From NCBI GenBank assembly GCA_024679065.1, contig JAGIQG010000008.1, positions 96,844,001 to 96,908,000 on the forward strand: DNA of 64,000 nt. The letters run 5' to 3'. The position numbers and the translations under genes were made by a program. The notes below the pieces were generated by a model that had not been told where the DNA came from, searched no databases, and saw only the letters and a list, made by a program, of their open reading frames with translations. This DNA comes from Sphyrna mokarran (lineage: Eukaryota). The stretch's first letter is position 1, and every line of letters starts with the position of its first letter. Shown here in pieces: positions 24,730 through 38,324 of this stretch.

Positions 24730-26240
24730 AAGAACATAAGAAATAGGAGCAGGAATAGGCCATCTAGCCCTTCGAGCCTGCCCCGTCATTCAACAAAATC
24801 AGATCAGTCCCACTTTCCTGTTTTCTTCCCATACCCTTAATTCCCTTGTCTAGAACAAAGAACAAAGAACAAAGAACAAAACAGCCCCACATGTTCCCCT
24901 ACTACAACATCAACCACCTGCCCTGGCTCATTACTCAGAACTAAATCCAATATAGCCCCTTCTCTAGTCGGGCTAGCCACATACTGTTCCAACGATCCTT
25001 CCAGTACACATTTTACAAATTCCTGCCCATCCAAATCCCCAGCTCTAGGTACTTTCCAATCCACCCTAGGGAGATTAAAATCTCCCACTATAACGACTCT
25101 GTTCTTTCTGCACCTATCCAAAATGTCTTTACATATGCCTTCTTCAACTGCCCGTGGGCTGTTGGGTGGCCTATAATACACCCCTAGCATAGTAATTGCC
25201 CCCTTTCTATTCCTCATCTCCACCCACAGCGACTCCACTCCTATCTCCTCTGTATTGTCCTCCCTCTACACTGCCATGATGCTCTCCTTAACTAACAAGG
25301 CCACTCCCCCACGTCTTCTGGACCCTCCTCTGTCACGCCTGAAACACTTATACCCAGGAATGTTCAGTTGCCACTGCTCCCCTTCCTTTAACCATGCCTC
25401 TGTCACTGTAACCACATCCAAGTTCCTCACAAACATTAAGGCCCTAAGTTCATCCGTTTTTCCTGTTACGCTCCTCGCATTGAAACAGACACACTCCAGA
25501 CCTCCAAGACCACTCGGAACCTCCTTCTCCCTGGTGCATCTCTTCTCGTCCAAGCTTAGTCTATATCCCATCTCGCTCTCTACCGAGCTATCGGTCTCAG
25601 CCCCTCCCCCCCTATAAGTCTATGAGAAACCTATCTACTCATGACTTAAATATGTTCAGTGAAGTAGCCTCCTCCACTTCGATGGGCAGAGAATTCCAGA
25701 GACTCACCACCCTTTGAGTGAAGAAGTTTCTCCTTAACTCCGATCTAAACTGCACCCCTTCCCCCCTTATTTTGAGGCTGTACCCTCGAGTTCTGCTATG
25801 CTTTCTAAGCAGGAAGAATCTCCCTATCTCTATCCTATCTATCCCCTTCATTATCTTATATGTCTCTACAAGAACCCCCTCAGTCTTCTAAATTCCAACG
25901 AGTACAGACCCAGTCTATTTAATCTCTCCTCATAGGCTAACCCCCTCATTTCCGATATCAGCCTAGTGAACATTCTCTGCACTCTCTCCAAGGCCAATAT
26001 ATCCTTCTGCAAATGCTGAGACCAAAACTGCACACAGTACTCCAGATGTGGCCTCACCAGTACCCTATACAGTTGCAGCAAGACCTCCTTGCTTTTATAT
26101 TCTATCCCCCTCGCTTTAAAGGCCAACATTCCATTTTCCTTCTTGAGCACCTGCTACACCTGCAGACTGGGTTTTTGCGATTCATGCACAAGGACCCCCA
26201 GATCCCTCTGCATCGTAGCATGCTGCAGCTTTTCGCCTTT
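24730..26240 (-). mobile_element. Nested/composite CR1 fragments (APE endonuclease and RT C-terminus)
   Basis: ORFs with GVYYRPP, IVGDFNLP, PTREGAILDLVL, NARS and LVRPHLEYCVQFWS. Confidence 0.93.
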
Positions 26241-26242
26241 TA

Positions 26243-26900
26243 ATGGATGGTGAACGTAATGTGATGAAATGCTATTGAAAGGCAGGAAAAGAATTGTTTC
26301 TCACTGAGGTATTAGTCTGAAAATTGTGGCTTCGAGTACTCTTAATCAGATTAGTTAAGTCATTCAGAAATGTTGTCTGCCAGGCAGGACTCAATGGGTT
26401 GATGTCCTAGTCTAGGATATTGAGTAAATATCTTGACTAAAACCCGGTACATTTTTGTGATGGAATGATGCAGTTACAGTCATCCTCATATTTGCGGTGG
26501 ATTAAGCTCCTCTTTTTCAAGTACAGAACCTGATTACATTGTCCAATTAAAATGCCCCTGTTGCATCCTGACATTGAAATATCTTTCTGTTATTATGTTT
26601 GTGATCCAGAAAAATACTTTGCTCTTGAATTCCAGGGCAGGTTGGATACAATGTTTCTATTTGAAACGAATTGTCTGAGCTATATCGGTTAATACTAACT
26701 ATGAGAAAAAATGCTTAGGATCCTTAATGCAGCATTTATCTAAGAAATAGGAATCTCTTACCGTAGTTAAAGAAGCAAAGTCAAGTAAATTCATGTGCAA
26801 TATTTGCATTTTAGCCAAAGCCTTATCACTATACTTTATACTCCCTTATACAATGAGTTTACATTATTCAGATTTTATGTATTTGCTTATGTTATGTAGA
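26243..26900 (-). pseudogene. TLR7/8-like LRR remnant (continuation of the unit split by the CR1)
   Basis: Colinear with the array unit (gtcattcagaaatgttgtctgcc, cctgacattgaa, gaattccagggc, ttaggatccttaatg). Confidence 0.7.
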
Positions 26901-26904
26901 ACCA

Positions 26905-28202
26905 TGTATAACATTAAGTTTAATTTATATTTGTATTTATCTGATAGAATAGGTTCTAGTTATATTTAGGTTTTTCTGAGTTATGGTGCTGGGGAGTCTG
27001 GAAGCATTAAGTTTTTTCAGGAAAATGTTTTTCAAAATGTTTTTCAGGAAAATAGAGCTGGCTTAAATGATCTACATTTGTATTATTAAATAGTAGAAAT
27101 GTGACATAGTTTTAAGTGGATTTAATTAAGTCTTGCTGTGTAGGAAAGTACAGAACTAGAATTTTATTCATGTAAGCCTTTTTTTCGCATCTGGGGTTTT
27201 TGGTTGTGCTTCTTTGTGCTTGGAGAGGATGACAATATGAAAAGTAAACATATTGGGGAAAGCATAATATTGATGCTTTGCAATCAGGGGCATGTTAATG
27301 TTAAGAAGGCTTTTTGATTGGTGTTTTAGCTGAATTCATTCGCAGTTGGATTCAGAAAGCTAAACAGAGAACATATTTTAAGGCTTTTTCTCACAGAAAA
27401 ATCATACCATGGAGTAATGTTTAAGAAAACAAGTACAGAAACTTTAGTGAACCCCTAGTTTAAGGAGCATGGAGAAATTAAGAGAAGTTTCTAAGAAGAT
27501 TGGAGCTAAAAGAACATAGATGAACTGCCATTGGGAACAGAGCACTGCTTATGGAAGTAAAACTCAGAGACAAACTGATAAGCTTGGCTACAGACAATCA
27601 AGAGATCTGGAGAAATCATAAGGTTTGATATCTTTATTTCTAGTGTTTGAAGCAACAGTATTGTGTTGGGAACTAACTACCTGAGTTTGTGTAAAAGCAT
27701 GTAAGACAATGGAAATCTGAAAGGAGAGATAGAATCCTTGTACTGGTTTCCTAGTTAAAATGTGGAGTGGAAACTTTGTTTGAAAAGCATTTGAAATACC
27801 TGAAGTGGATTCTTAATGCAAATAGTTGTTTGAAGTTTTAAGAGAAGATTTTAAAGCATGTCTTTTTTGGAATGGAATTTGGAAAAACTCATGTTTCAAT
27901 CATCTGGAGGAAACTTGAGGAAAAAAGCAAAGAAAATTGGTTGAGTGAGACCGACCATTTGATTTCATTTTTGAATATTGTGCACATTTATAAAACTAAT
28001 GGGGGAGTATGGGAGTATTATATTGTAATCAAACTTTTCTTGTTTAATAAATGACATTTCTCTTGCTGTTAAAAACTGATTAGTAGACCTGTGATAATGT
28101 TCCTCCATGTTTTCTAAACAAAATGTAAAAGTTAAAATCTTTTGAGCTAGAGTCTCATTCTGGAATCTTGCCATCAACATAAAATCAACTGAAATTGTAA
28201 CA
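26905..28202 (+). mobile_element. Probable solo LTR (~1.3 kb); its first ~270 bp is copied into the array units
   Basis: TGTATAACA...TGTAACA termini, AATAAA ~28046; no clear TSD (left flank appears deleted). Confidence 0.6.
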
Positions 28203-29320
28203 GTAAACATGCACTTGCGATGAGATTTTGCAACCCATGAAGTGTAGAAAGGAATTTGTGGCTCAGAATATTTGCAGAACAAAAAATAAATGGAAACAAG
28301 AATCACTGTGATTTAGTGACATATAAATCTTTATTACTTGGCACACAAAGACACAGGGAAAGTCAAGATTGCTGTTCTCTCTGCTATATGACAGAGAGTG
28401 AAGACAGAAGCTCTGTACTCTCTGATTGTAAATCCAGCAATTCTGCTGAGGAGCAGATTGTAGGAAACGCCGGTGTTGAAGTAGTAATTGCAAAAGTCCA
28501 TATGGTGTAGGTTTATCTAAAGAGATTTGGGAGATGTTGTTACAGTCTTTTAGCCCTGTTGACAATATAGGAGTGGGCACGTCTTTCCAACTCAGAAATT
28601 TGTCAGATGTAGATGGGAGGTTAAAATTACTGCTGACTCTGGAATCTGAAATAATAACAAAAAATGCTGGAAAATCTCCGCAGGTCTAACAGCATCTGTG
28701 GAGAGAGAACAGAGCTAATGTTGAGTCTAGATGACCCTTTGTCAGAGCTGAAGACAATGGAAAGTAGGATAAGATTTATACCATTGTGATGAGGAGTGGG
28801 GGTGGGAGAGAGGTGTCAAGGCAACTGGAAAGAGAGCCAGCAGTTTGTGGTGACAGGAGAAATTGACAAAGATGTCATAGACACAAAATAATAGCGAATA
28901 TAAATAAATAATCTAAAATTAAATGGTGGTGAACTAAAAGTAAGTAGAAGTAAAATAGAAGGAAAGAATTATTTCTCACTGAGGCATTAATCTGTACATT
29001 GTGGCTTCAAATATTTTTTAGAAATATTAGCAGTTCAATGAACTTAGGAGAAAAATAATACGTAGAAATACACATTTCTGTTGTCTAATGACAAGGTTCC
29101 AGGAATACACAAAAACCCAGGGAAGAGCAGATAGACAGTTTTTCATATCAACAAGCCAGAGAATGAAGACAGAAGTTTAAACCCTCTGATGGTAAATCCT
29201 ATAATGCTGCCATTACAGATTGTGGGGAATGAAATGTGATGAAGTAATTGTGAGGTCAGATTGTGGTTTCTTGATGCAATTTGGAACTGAGCCAATCCAA
29301 ATAAAAAGCCTTGGTGTTGA
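28203..29320 (-). pseudogene. TLR7/8-like LRR-CT/TM/TIR-start remnants with a Penelope-like insert (28625-28900)
   Basis: FLSWKDVPTPILST; NKDLYVTK (28332-28313) ~ TKDPAVTE; a second diverged copy at ~29040-29320. Confidence 0.6.
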
Positions 29321-29321
29321 G

Positions 29322-30592
29322 ATAGAACATAGAACATAGAACATAGAACATTACAGCACAGAACAGGCCCTTCAGCCTTTGATGTTGCGCCGACCAATAT
29401 AAAAAGCAATGCCCCTCCAAACTAAACCATTCCCTTCTCTTCCATATACTTATCAACTAACCTCTTAAACGCCACCAAACTTGGCGCATCTACAACTGCT
29501 GCAGGCAGGGCATTCCACTCCCGAACCACCCTTTGGGTAAAGAACCTACCTCTGATATCCGTCCTATAACTATCACCCCTTAATTTAAAGCTGTGTCCCC
29601 TCGTGCTAGCTTTCTCCATCCTAGGAAAAAGGCTATCACTGTCCACCCTATCTAAACCTCTAATCATCTTATATGTTTCGATCAGGTCCCCTCTTAGCCT
29701 CCTCCTTTCTAACGAAAACAACCTCAAATCCCTCAGCCTCTCCTCATAAGACCTGCCCTCCATACCAGGCAACATCCTGGTAAACCTCCTCTGTACCCTC
29801 TCCAATGCCTCCACATCTTTCTTATAATGTGGGGACCAGAACTGCACACAATACTCCAAGTGCGGCCGCACTAGAGTTTTGTACAGTTGCAACATGACGT
29901 TGCGGCTCCGAAATTCAATCCCTCTACCAATAAAAGCCAAGACTCCATATGCCTTCCTAACAACCTTCTCGACCTGACTGCCTACTTTCAGGGATCTATG
30001 CACATACACACCAAGATCCCTCTGTTCATCTAGACTACTAAGAATCCTACCATTTGCCCTATACTCTACACATTTATTATTTCTGCCATAGTGCATTACC
30101 TCACACTTTTCCACATTAAACTCCATTTGCCACCTCTCGGCCCAGCTCTGCAACTTGTCCAAGTCCCTCTGCAAACTATAACACCCCTCTTCACTATCTA
30201 CCACTCCACCGACTTTAGTGTCATCTGCAAATTTACTAATCCATCCTTCAATACCCTCATCCAGATCATTTATAAAAATTACAAACAGCAGGGGCCCCAA
30301 AACAGACCCCTGAGGTACACCACTTGTCACCGAACTCCAAGATGAATATCTCCCATCAACCACCACCCTCTGTCTTCTATCTGCTAGCCAATTCCTAACC
30401 CAATTAGCTAAATCACCCTCTATCCCATACATCTGCATTTTCTGCAGAAGTCTTCCATGGGCCACCTTATCAAACGCCTTACTAAAGTCCATATATACCA
30501 CATCAACCGCCTTACCCCCATCCACCTCCTTAGTCACTTTTTCAAAAAACTCAATAAGGTTAGTAAGGCACGACCTACCCTTCACAAAACCA
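29322..30592 (-). mobile_element. 5'-truncated CR1 LINE with an uninterrupted RT C-terminal half
   Basis: GFVKGRSCLTNL, YMDFSKAFDKV, GVPQGSVLGP, FADD; (agaacat)n tail at 29322-29352. Confidence 0.97.
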
Positions 30593-30594
30593 AA

Positions 30595-32450
30595 TTTGCC
30601 AGACAGTGGCAAATCTTCACTGGGATTTTCTGTAAGAATATTCTTGGGATAAGGGAAATGGTGTGAATTTGGAGCATGTTCCCATGTTTGTTTTGAAAAC
30701 TTGCCAACCATTTTATATAGTTTAATATTATTCATTGTTCCTTTGTAATGAGCAGTCTATTTCCATAGAATCTCTACAGGGCAGAAGGAGGCATTTGGTT
30801 CATTGAGTCTGCATCGACCAGCATCCCACCCAGGCCTTATCCCTGTGATTCCCATATACTTACCCTGCTAATCCTCCTGACAGTAAAGGATAATTTAGCA
30901 TGGTCAATCAACCTAACCCAGACATCTTTAGAATGTGGGTGGAAACCAGATTATCTGGCGGAAATGCACACTGACATGGGAGAATGTGCAAACTCCGCAG
31001 ATGGTGGCCTGAGGTTGGGATAAAACCTGAGTCCCTGACACTGTGAGGCTGCAGTGCTAACCACTGTGTCACCATGCCACCCATTATAAAATGCACTGGC
31101 ATTGTTATTGTAAGTAAGAAGTCTGACAACACCAGCTTTAAGTACAACCGATTTATTTGAAAGTAAACTCACAAGCTTTCGAAACTCCTCTTCGTCAGGT
31201 GAATGAGGTGTTTTGGTCTCAGATAGCACATATAACAGCACAGACTATTACAGATTACTAATTACTAATTAAACCAAAATATAATTTATTGATGGTGTGA
31301 AATGTAGAAGAATGTCCAAGTTAGCAAAAGCTTCATTTCATCAAAGACCAGCAGATTTATTTCAAGATTGCATCCTTAACAAACCAATTTGTGCAACAGA
31401 TGGTGGTGATAAGAAATATAGTCAGATATATTTTATTGAAATGCAGGAAATAATTTTTACTCAATGAGGCACTGATCTGTACATAATGGCATCAAGTGTT
31501 CTTCGAAATATTAGTTATACTATTTGTAAAGTAACATTGAGTTCACCTAAATTCATGTCCAAAAGAAATATCATTGTACTTTCTGCTCCTTCATGCTCTG
31601 AATTTACTTTATTGTATATATTTGTGTTCTTCTAGAATTAACAGAAGTGTCTCCAGAACATTGAAGCAACAGTCCAAAAGAAATGGAAGCTCCACTAAAT
31701 CAGAATGAAGATCTCAAGAGTTCAGAAAATTGGAATCAAAGTTGATGCAGACTCAACAGTCCAAATCACCTTTCTCTGTACTGTCAGGATTCTATGATTC
31801 TGTGTTGTTATTCCAATGTACCTTGTTCTTCAAGATATCGGTGATTGTGAGTTTGGAAGCAGCTTTAGAAGAAGAAGTAGTTAATCAAATTAAACAAGGT
31901 TTAATGTGTTCCTGTAATATGTAGGAATATGGTGTAGGGCCTGGGTGGGATTTTGTTTGGTGCAGACTCGATGGGCCGAAGGGTCTCTTTCTGCACTGTA
32001 GGATTCTATGATAGTGATTAATGGTGTAGAATGTAGGAGAATATTCCACTTAGCAAAATACTCATTTTGCCATTGTTCAACAATCTTGATTGTCACCTTC
32101 AAAAACGAACATGTGCAATAGAAGTCAAGTTAATAAATGTATAGAAATGCCCAATGTTCTATTGAAATAGAGGGATGTATTCTGACTGAAGCATTTATCT
32201 GCGCATAGTGATTTCAGATATTCTTAAAATATTAGCTGTAGCATTCAGAAACGACAGATGGAAATGTATTGATATTCTAGTTCAGAACCTTGAGCAAATA
32301 TTTTCGCTGACTGCTTGTCCATATTGTGTTGGAATGATGCATTTGCTCAGCCATCCTCATTTTGGATGGAACTTTTTTTTTCAAATTCAGAAATTGATTA
32401 AATTTTTTACTTTAAACACCGCTGTTGTGTCCTTATCTTGAATTATGTTA
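30595..32450 (-). pseudogene. Fragmented TLR7/8-like remnants interspersed with SINE pieces
   Basis: 31270-31520, 31540-31730, 31810-31930 and 32010-32450 are homologous to unit blocks; HTINK at ~31295; YIKWL at ~30715 resembles LRR-CT. Confidence 0.6.
30765..31083 (-). mobile_element. HE1-type tRNA-derived SINE
   Basis: Minus strand gggtggcatggtgacacagtggttagcactgcagcctcacagtgtcagggac.. with a tagagattctatg tail. Confidence 0.85.
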
Positions 32451-32549
32451 CTTGTGATATTTTTTCCTGTTGCAACCCATGGTATTCACTGCTTGTGAAA
32501 GATATACAATTACCAAGAAGTCTTTATGAACATTATTCAATTACGAACA

Positions 32550-32905
32550 GAAGTTCTAACAGAGTTTGACAGGGTAGATTCAGAAAGAATGTTCCCATTG
32601 GTGGGAGAGTCCAGAACTGGAGGTCATAGTTTGAAGATAAGGGATAAACCATTTAGAACTAAGCTCAGGAGAAATTTCTTCATCAAGAAGGTGGTAAATG
32701 TGTGGAATTTACTACTACAGAAAGTAGTTGAGGCCAAAACTTTGCTCTGATTTCAGGAAGAAATTAGATATAATACTAGAGGCTGAAGGGATCAAGGGGA
32801 ATTGGGAAAAGAGAGAATCAGGATATGATCATCAGCATTATCAAAATGAATGGTGGAGCAGACTCAAAAGGCTAAATGGCCTACTCCTGCTTCTAGTTTC
32901 TATTA
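32550..32905 (+). mobile_element. CR1 3' fragment
   Basis: RVDSERMFPLVGESRTGGHSLKIR..RRNFF. Confidence 0.9.
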
Positions 32906-33899
32906 CTGATATATGTACGTATTTATAGTGAAGGATATAGGTATGGAGAGTATTCCTTGTCATATACTTAAATGTTGCTGCCTGTCCCAAGATGAAGCTG
33001 TAGTTCATGTATTAACTTTATCACAAATTACTGATGGATGGTACTGTACTCAGTGCCTTATAAATACTTGCAAGTTTTCCTTGCAAGTATTTATTCCTTG
33101 GGTATAGACTAACAATAATTTATTTATAGTTTGATTCAATCCTGTGATGTTTTAGTCTTGTATCCTTAACTTCATTGTGGCAACTGTAATTTCTTAACCT
33201 CTAACCTCTTTGTGATTAAAATTTCCATTTAACAGTACTCATTAAGAGCACAGCCTCAAAAGCTTGTGAATTTACTATCAAATAAATTGGTTGGACTTAA
33301 ACCTGGTGTTGTCAGACTTCTTACTGTGTTTACCCTAGTCCAACGCCAGCATCTCTACATCAACAGTACTCATTAACAGAATTTGCATGAGCCCATCTCT
33401 CTACCCCTCTCTCCTACCCCCATTCAAGTCTTTGAAATCAGAGTTTGAGGCATTGCAGAGATCTTGTATCCTAGCCATGTCTCATCTGCCATTTGATCGA
33501 GAAACAGGGACTGACACTTGAGATGTTTGAACCACATGATTCCACACGATGACCTCTTCATTAATAGGGTGGATGCCGACTGATTTTTTTTCATTCTTTT
33601 ATGTGATGTATACATTGCTGGTTCCAGCATATTTATCCATTCTTCATAGCTCTTGAGAAGGTGAAGATTAGCCACCTTCTTGAATCTTTGCAGCCCATGA
33701 GGTGCAGATATACACCTGCAGTGCTTTTAAGGGGCAAATTCCAGGATTTTAATCCAATGACAGTGAAGGAACCACAATAACATTCCAAATCAGGATGATG
33801 TGTGGCTTGGTATGGAATTTGCAGTGATGGTGTTCCCATCCATCTACTGCCCTTGTCCTTCAAAATGGTTGAGATTGCAGATACTGAATCTAAAAACTT

Positions 33900-34660
33900 C
33901 CTCAAATTGAAGCTTGAGGCCTTATTATCATATTAAAATTATGGACCATCCTCTGGTGAGCAGCTTAGTTGACTGTTCTCTAACCTGCCACCTTTGCACC
34001 TTTGTCTCATTTTTTAATTTTCTGCCGCTGGTAATTGTTTCAGAGAAAGCTTTGAGCAATCATTAGGTGTGGCCTTTTCTAAAACTTTAATCTACTCCAA
34101 TAAGAAAAAGTAATGAAGAATCCATAGTTTTTTGCAATGGGACCATTTTACATTAATTTTAGGGACCACTGTTCAGCTTGGAAATGACTCCAGCTGTTTG
34201 GAGGCCATGTGCTAAAGTGCCAGTTTTGAAAACCTTCATATTGTATATCGCCAGCATAATCTTTAATCATGAGAAACTACACTCGGATGGCAATCGTAAT
34301 TCAGAGGCTGATATCTGGGCCATTATATTAAAAATAGAATTTTAAACACTAATTAAGAAATGAATTAAAAGAGTATATTCAATTAAACATTTTAATATCA
34401 CACATTCCCAACTTCTATCTTGAACTATCAGTGAAGCAGAATGTTAATGGATTGATTAGGAGTCACAGCTGAATTCTTACATTTCAAACCTGCTGTTGAG
34501 ATGCCAAATTGTTGTAACCTTCCAGTTGCTTCTGAAATATTGAACCTCTTGTGACATCACTACTCTGAAATTAAACATTTTTATTCATGTAATATTCATA
34601 TCACTCTGTGATTATAATGTGCAATGTGTTCACCCTTTTATAGTTTTTGACAGATGAGAG
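33900..34660 (-). pseudogene. TLR7/8-like TM-TIR remnant
   Basis: W-N-V-*-Y (~34405) ~ WDVWY; FLMIKDYA (34278-34250) ~ FVMTDKYA; FKTGTLAHGLQ ~ FKTAFYLALQ; KMRQRCKGGRLE (34015-33977) ~ TLR8 LRLRQRICKSSILQ. Confidence 0.7.
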
Positions 34661-35059
34661 GAGTGCTTTCTGTGGGCATAATTTTACCAGCTCGTCCTGC
34701 CCATCGATGGAAGGAGCGTGCCAGAAATCGGCAAGAGGCTGAATAAATTATTCAAATTTATTTAAATTTGAATTTTCATGTGTTCAGCTCACATGCCTTG
34801 TGAGTCCTGTTGCAAAAGGTTTTCTCCGGTAAGGAAAATACCTGCTTCCCATGAATGGGGAGCAGTTTTGTTGGCCTTGCTCATGGAACCAGAGGCCATT
34901 AAGGCCCCCAGGGAGGCCGAGGACAAGGGGGGGTGCCCAGTCTGACACCTTGGCAGTGCCACCCTGGCACTGGGGAATGCCCAGTGGACTAGGGCCTATG
35001 ACGAGTGGAGCCAATAGGGATGGGGCCCATGAGGGCTAGATCTATGGGATCAGGCTTCT

Positions 35060-35307
35060 ACAGTTAGAAGTCTCACAGGACTAGATTAAATCCAACAGGT
35101 TTATTTGGTAGCAAAAGCCACTAGCTTTTGGAGTGCTGCTCCTTCATCAGATAAGTGGCAGTGGATACACTTAACTGTTAAGTGGATGAAGGAGCAGTGC
35201 TCCAAAAGCTAGTGGCTTTTGCTGCCAAATAAACCTGTTGGACTTTAACCTGGTTGTGAGACTTCTCACTGTGTTTACTCAGTCCAACACTGGCATCTCC
35301 ACATCAT
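35060..35307. mobile_element. Penelope-like inverted-repeat (hairpin) element
   Basis: ~85-bp arms: tccaacaggtttatttggtagcaaaagccactagcttttggag / ctccaaaagctagtggcttttgctgccaaataaacctgttgga. Confidence 0.75.
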
Positions 35308-35645
35308 GAGGCTTATAAGGGCAGGGCTTAAAGGGTGACCTACTGAGGGTTGGGTGGGGGGGAGGGGGGGAGGTGAGAGGGCCTGCTGCCTTTCTGCAGT
35401 GTGTTCAGATTGGGGGAGGCTTTTGCACACTCTGCAATGGGATCAGATCAGTGAGGGGGTTCCTAACAGTCTGGGCAATGGGGAAGCGGGGTGGGCGGTA
35501 AGGAATAGATGCCCAAGCATTGTGGGGCTTGTGATCAGCCATGAGCCCTTGCGGGTGGAGGAAGGGAAGCTGGTTGTAGGTCCTTCCACAGCAGGTATCT
35601 GACAGGTCTCTGTCTGTCAACCCCTGGAGTAGCTATTGAGCTATT

Positions 35646-36661
35646 GGGCCTAATTTTACCAGCAAATTGTACCTGTTTTTGGACGCAAAAACTTGGTAGT
35701 GTGAAGCGAGTAGCTCAGTATGCATCTGTTTCCATGCCAATTCCCCCTCTACCAAGGCCCAAAAATGGCCACAATTAGGTCTGCACTCGAAATTGGCATG
35801 ATGGCCATTTAAATGATTTTTATATGCATTTAGATTCACTTAATGGGCTGCACATCAAACCTTACTGGCATTTCACCCTTTACCACCACATTCACCCATT
35901 CAAATTGGCACGAAACAGATATGCTCCACAAATGTTCGATTTGGGCGCTCCCATAGGAGGTATGTGCCAAAGATTTGATGGCTTTCTGCTTGAGATCGGT
36001 GGTGAGGTTGGTGGGGGAAGGTTGGGGGGGATGGAAGGTTGGTGGGGAGATGGTGTGGGGAGGAAGGTATTGGGAGGAAGGTGTAGGGGGGGCGGCGAAG
36101 GTTGGTGGGGGGCGCAGAAGGTGAGTCTGAATGCTCTGTTTGAGATCGATGAGGGATAGGAGGCTCATCTGCCACTCTGCCTGAGATTAATGAGAGGGAG
36201 GAGGGTCTGCTGCCATTCTGCATGAGGTCAATGAGGGAGATGGGGGTCTGCTAGCACTCTGCCTGTGATCAGTAAGAGAGAAAGGGGGGGGTGCCATGAT
36301 CAATCTGGATCTTTGGAGGGGGTGGAGGGATGAAGGGGTCTGTAAAGTTGTGAGGGTAAGGCAATGTCGGTGGGAGCCAATGGGGAGGTATTATCTGGCC
36401 CAGGAGTGATGTGTCAGGAGAGCTGTATTTTATCTTTGTTTCACTGTGAATGTGCGGTTGGAGGTGCCAAGTGGAGCTGCAGGATATTGGATGCATTAAG
36501 TCCCATCCATGGGCTTGTGCAGTACAATTCAGACTCATTGGTATTTTTGCAGGCAGAGCATGTATGGGGATGCCTGAGAACAGGACTAAAAAATCGGATC
36601 TGAAACACTCCCTGTTTCTAGTCTGCCCAGCACTTAACATCAAAGTGGTAAAATAGGGCCC
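35646..36661. mobile_element. Non-autonomous PIF/Harbinger element (MITE-like)
   Basis: TIRs gggcctaattttacc / ggtaaaatagggccc, 3-bp TSD ATT; right end matches 43010-43241. Confidence 0.85.
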
Positions 36662-36974
36662 ATTTAGTCTGCATATGCACAGTAGCTCCCTCTACAGGCT
36701 GGCTAGTGAATTAAACCCAGCCCACTGCCTGCAGCAGCTAGGAACGGTCCAGACCATTTATTCAGTGACTAAGTACATAGATTGGGCATGAAAACTCACC
36801 CAAACAATGGATCAGGAACTCTCCCATTTTCATGCTAGCTGGGCACATAGGACATGATTTTACTATCAAGTTGCAAAAATTTGGTAAAGTCGGGTGGGAG
36901 GTGAGTAACATGATCCACTACTGCCTCCGTGCCCATTCTCCATTTAGCAAGTGCCTAAAACCCAGTTTTGCAGG

Positions 36975-37500
36975 CATGATTTTTTTCAAAGCCAAAAACA
37001 ACAAAGTGATTCCTTTTGTACACAATCTACAAGGGTCAAGAGGTATTCAGCTCCTTTCAAACAGATTACTCACCTTTTTTTATAAAATAATATATTTTCC
37101 AGGATTAGCAATCAGGTTAATGTTAGCAGTCATCACAACTTCCAATTTAACAGGAAGAATCATCCCTTCGATTTGCGATGTGAATATATCAGCTTTTTAA
37201 TATATCAGTGAGCTCTGTATTTGTTCAAGTTGTATATCATTACTTTAGGTGGTGAACTAATTGTATCATATCAAACAACTGATGATTTAAAAGAAGTAAA
37301 TGTACAGAAGTTGCATATTTGAATTGTTTATTGTATTTATAGTCCCTGTAATAACTAATATTCATGGAGTTTTGACATTTACCTTCCTGAGGTTTACTGA
37401 TGTTCAGCATTGGAGACAGTGCTCCCATTGCTTCGCGCCATGAATTCCATTAAAATTCCAAAGTATATTTAAAATCAGGCTTCAACTTGCAGTGATAGTG
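36975..37500 (-). pseudogene. TLR7/8-like mid-LRR remnant
   Basis: Paralogous to 44175-44400 (ttcaaagccaaaa, tcaagaggt, ttccagga.tagcaatcag). Confidence 0.55.
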
Positions 37501-38324
37501 TGTGGTCATCTTAGTATGTATGAAAAAACAGGCATTTAGTATTTCTCAGCAAGCTACATCACTGCTCCTCTTAAATCTGTCCTTTTCCCCTTAAAATTAT
37601 CAATAACTAGTGGGCGTAGATTTAAGATAAAGGGCTAGAGATTTAAAAGAGATTTGAGGAAAAACCTTTTCACCCAGAGAATGATGGAAATTTGAAACTC
37701 ACTATCTGAAAATATAGAAAAGGAGGGAGTTTTCACAATAAGAAACATTTCGATAAGCATGGGAAACACCACAACATACAAGGCTCTGAACCAAGTGTTG
37801 GAATTGGGATTAGAATAGATAGGTACTTGATGGAAAGTGCAGTCATATTCAGCTCAAGGGTCTTTTTTTGTGCAGTAAAAATCTATGGGCAGGATTCTCC
37901 ACTCTTGTGAGACAGCCAATGGGAATCCCAGTGTCCTGCAGATTGGGGCATCAGCCAATAATCGGGATTCTTGATAGGTATCAAGGGGATCTGAGGGGGT
38001 GTGGGGGCCAAGGGGGAAGAGGGCCTGAGGCAGGGGCTGGGATCTGCAAGGGGGGTTTGGGTTAGGCCATCCTCGTGCCTGCACGGTGTCGGGTGGGATG
38101 GATTTACCCATTATTTGTGGGTGGAGGGAGATGCCTCTCTTCAATCGATGGTCCTCCCTTGGCCTGTGGTAAGAGTGGAGGGGGGGGGGGCTCACAATTT
38201 CATTATTTTTCTGGGTGGTGCAGTCTTCAATTCCCTGATCTCTGAACAGGGGCTGGCTGGTGGTTTTCATTTTGTCATAGGCCAGAAGATTTATTTCAAG
38301 GTGACGCCCTTAACAAAGCAATTG

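Noticed and set aside
29422-30735. 437-aa ORF as a novel RT fusion gene
   Set aside because: 5'-truncated CR1 whose frame happens to extend ~47 codons into flanking TLR remnant DNA
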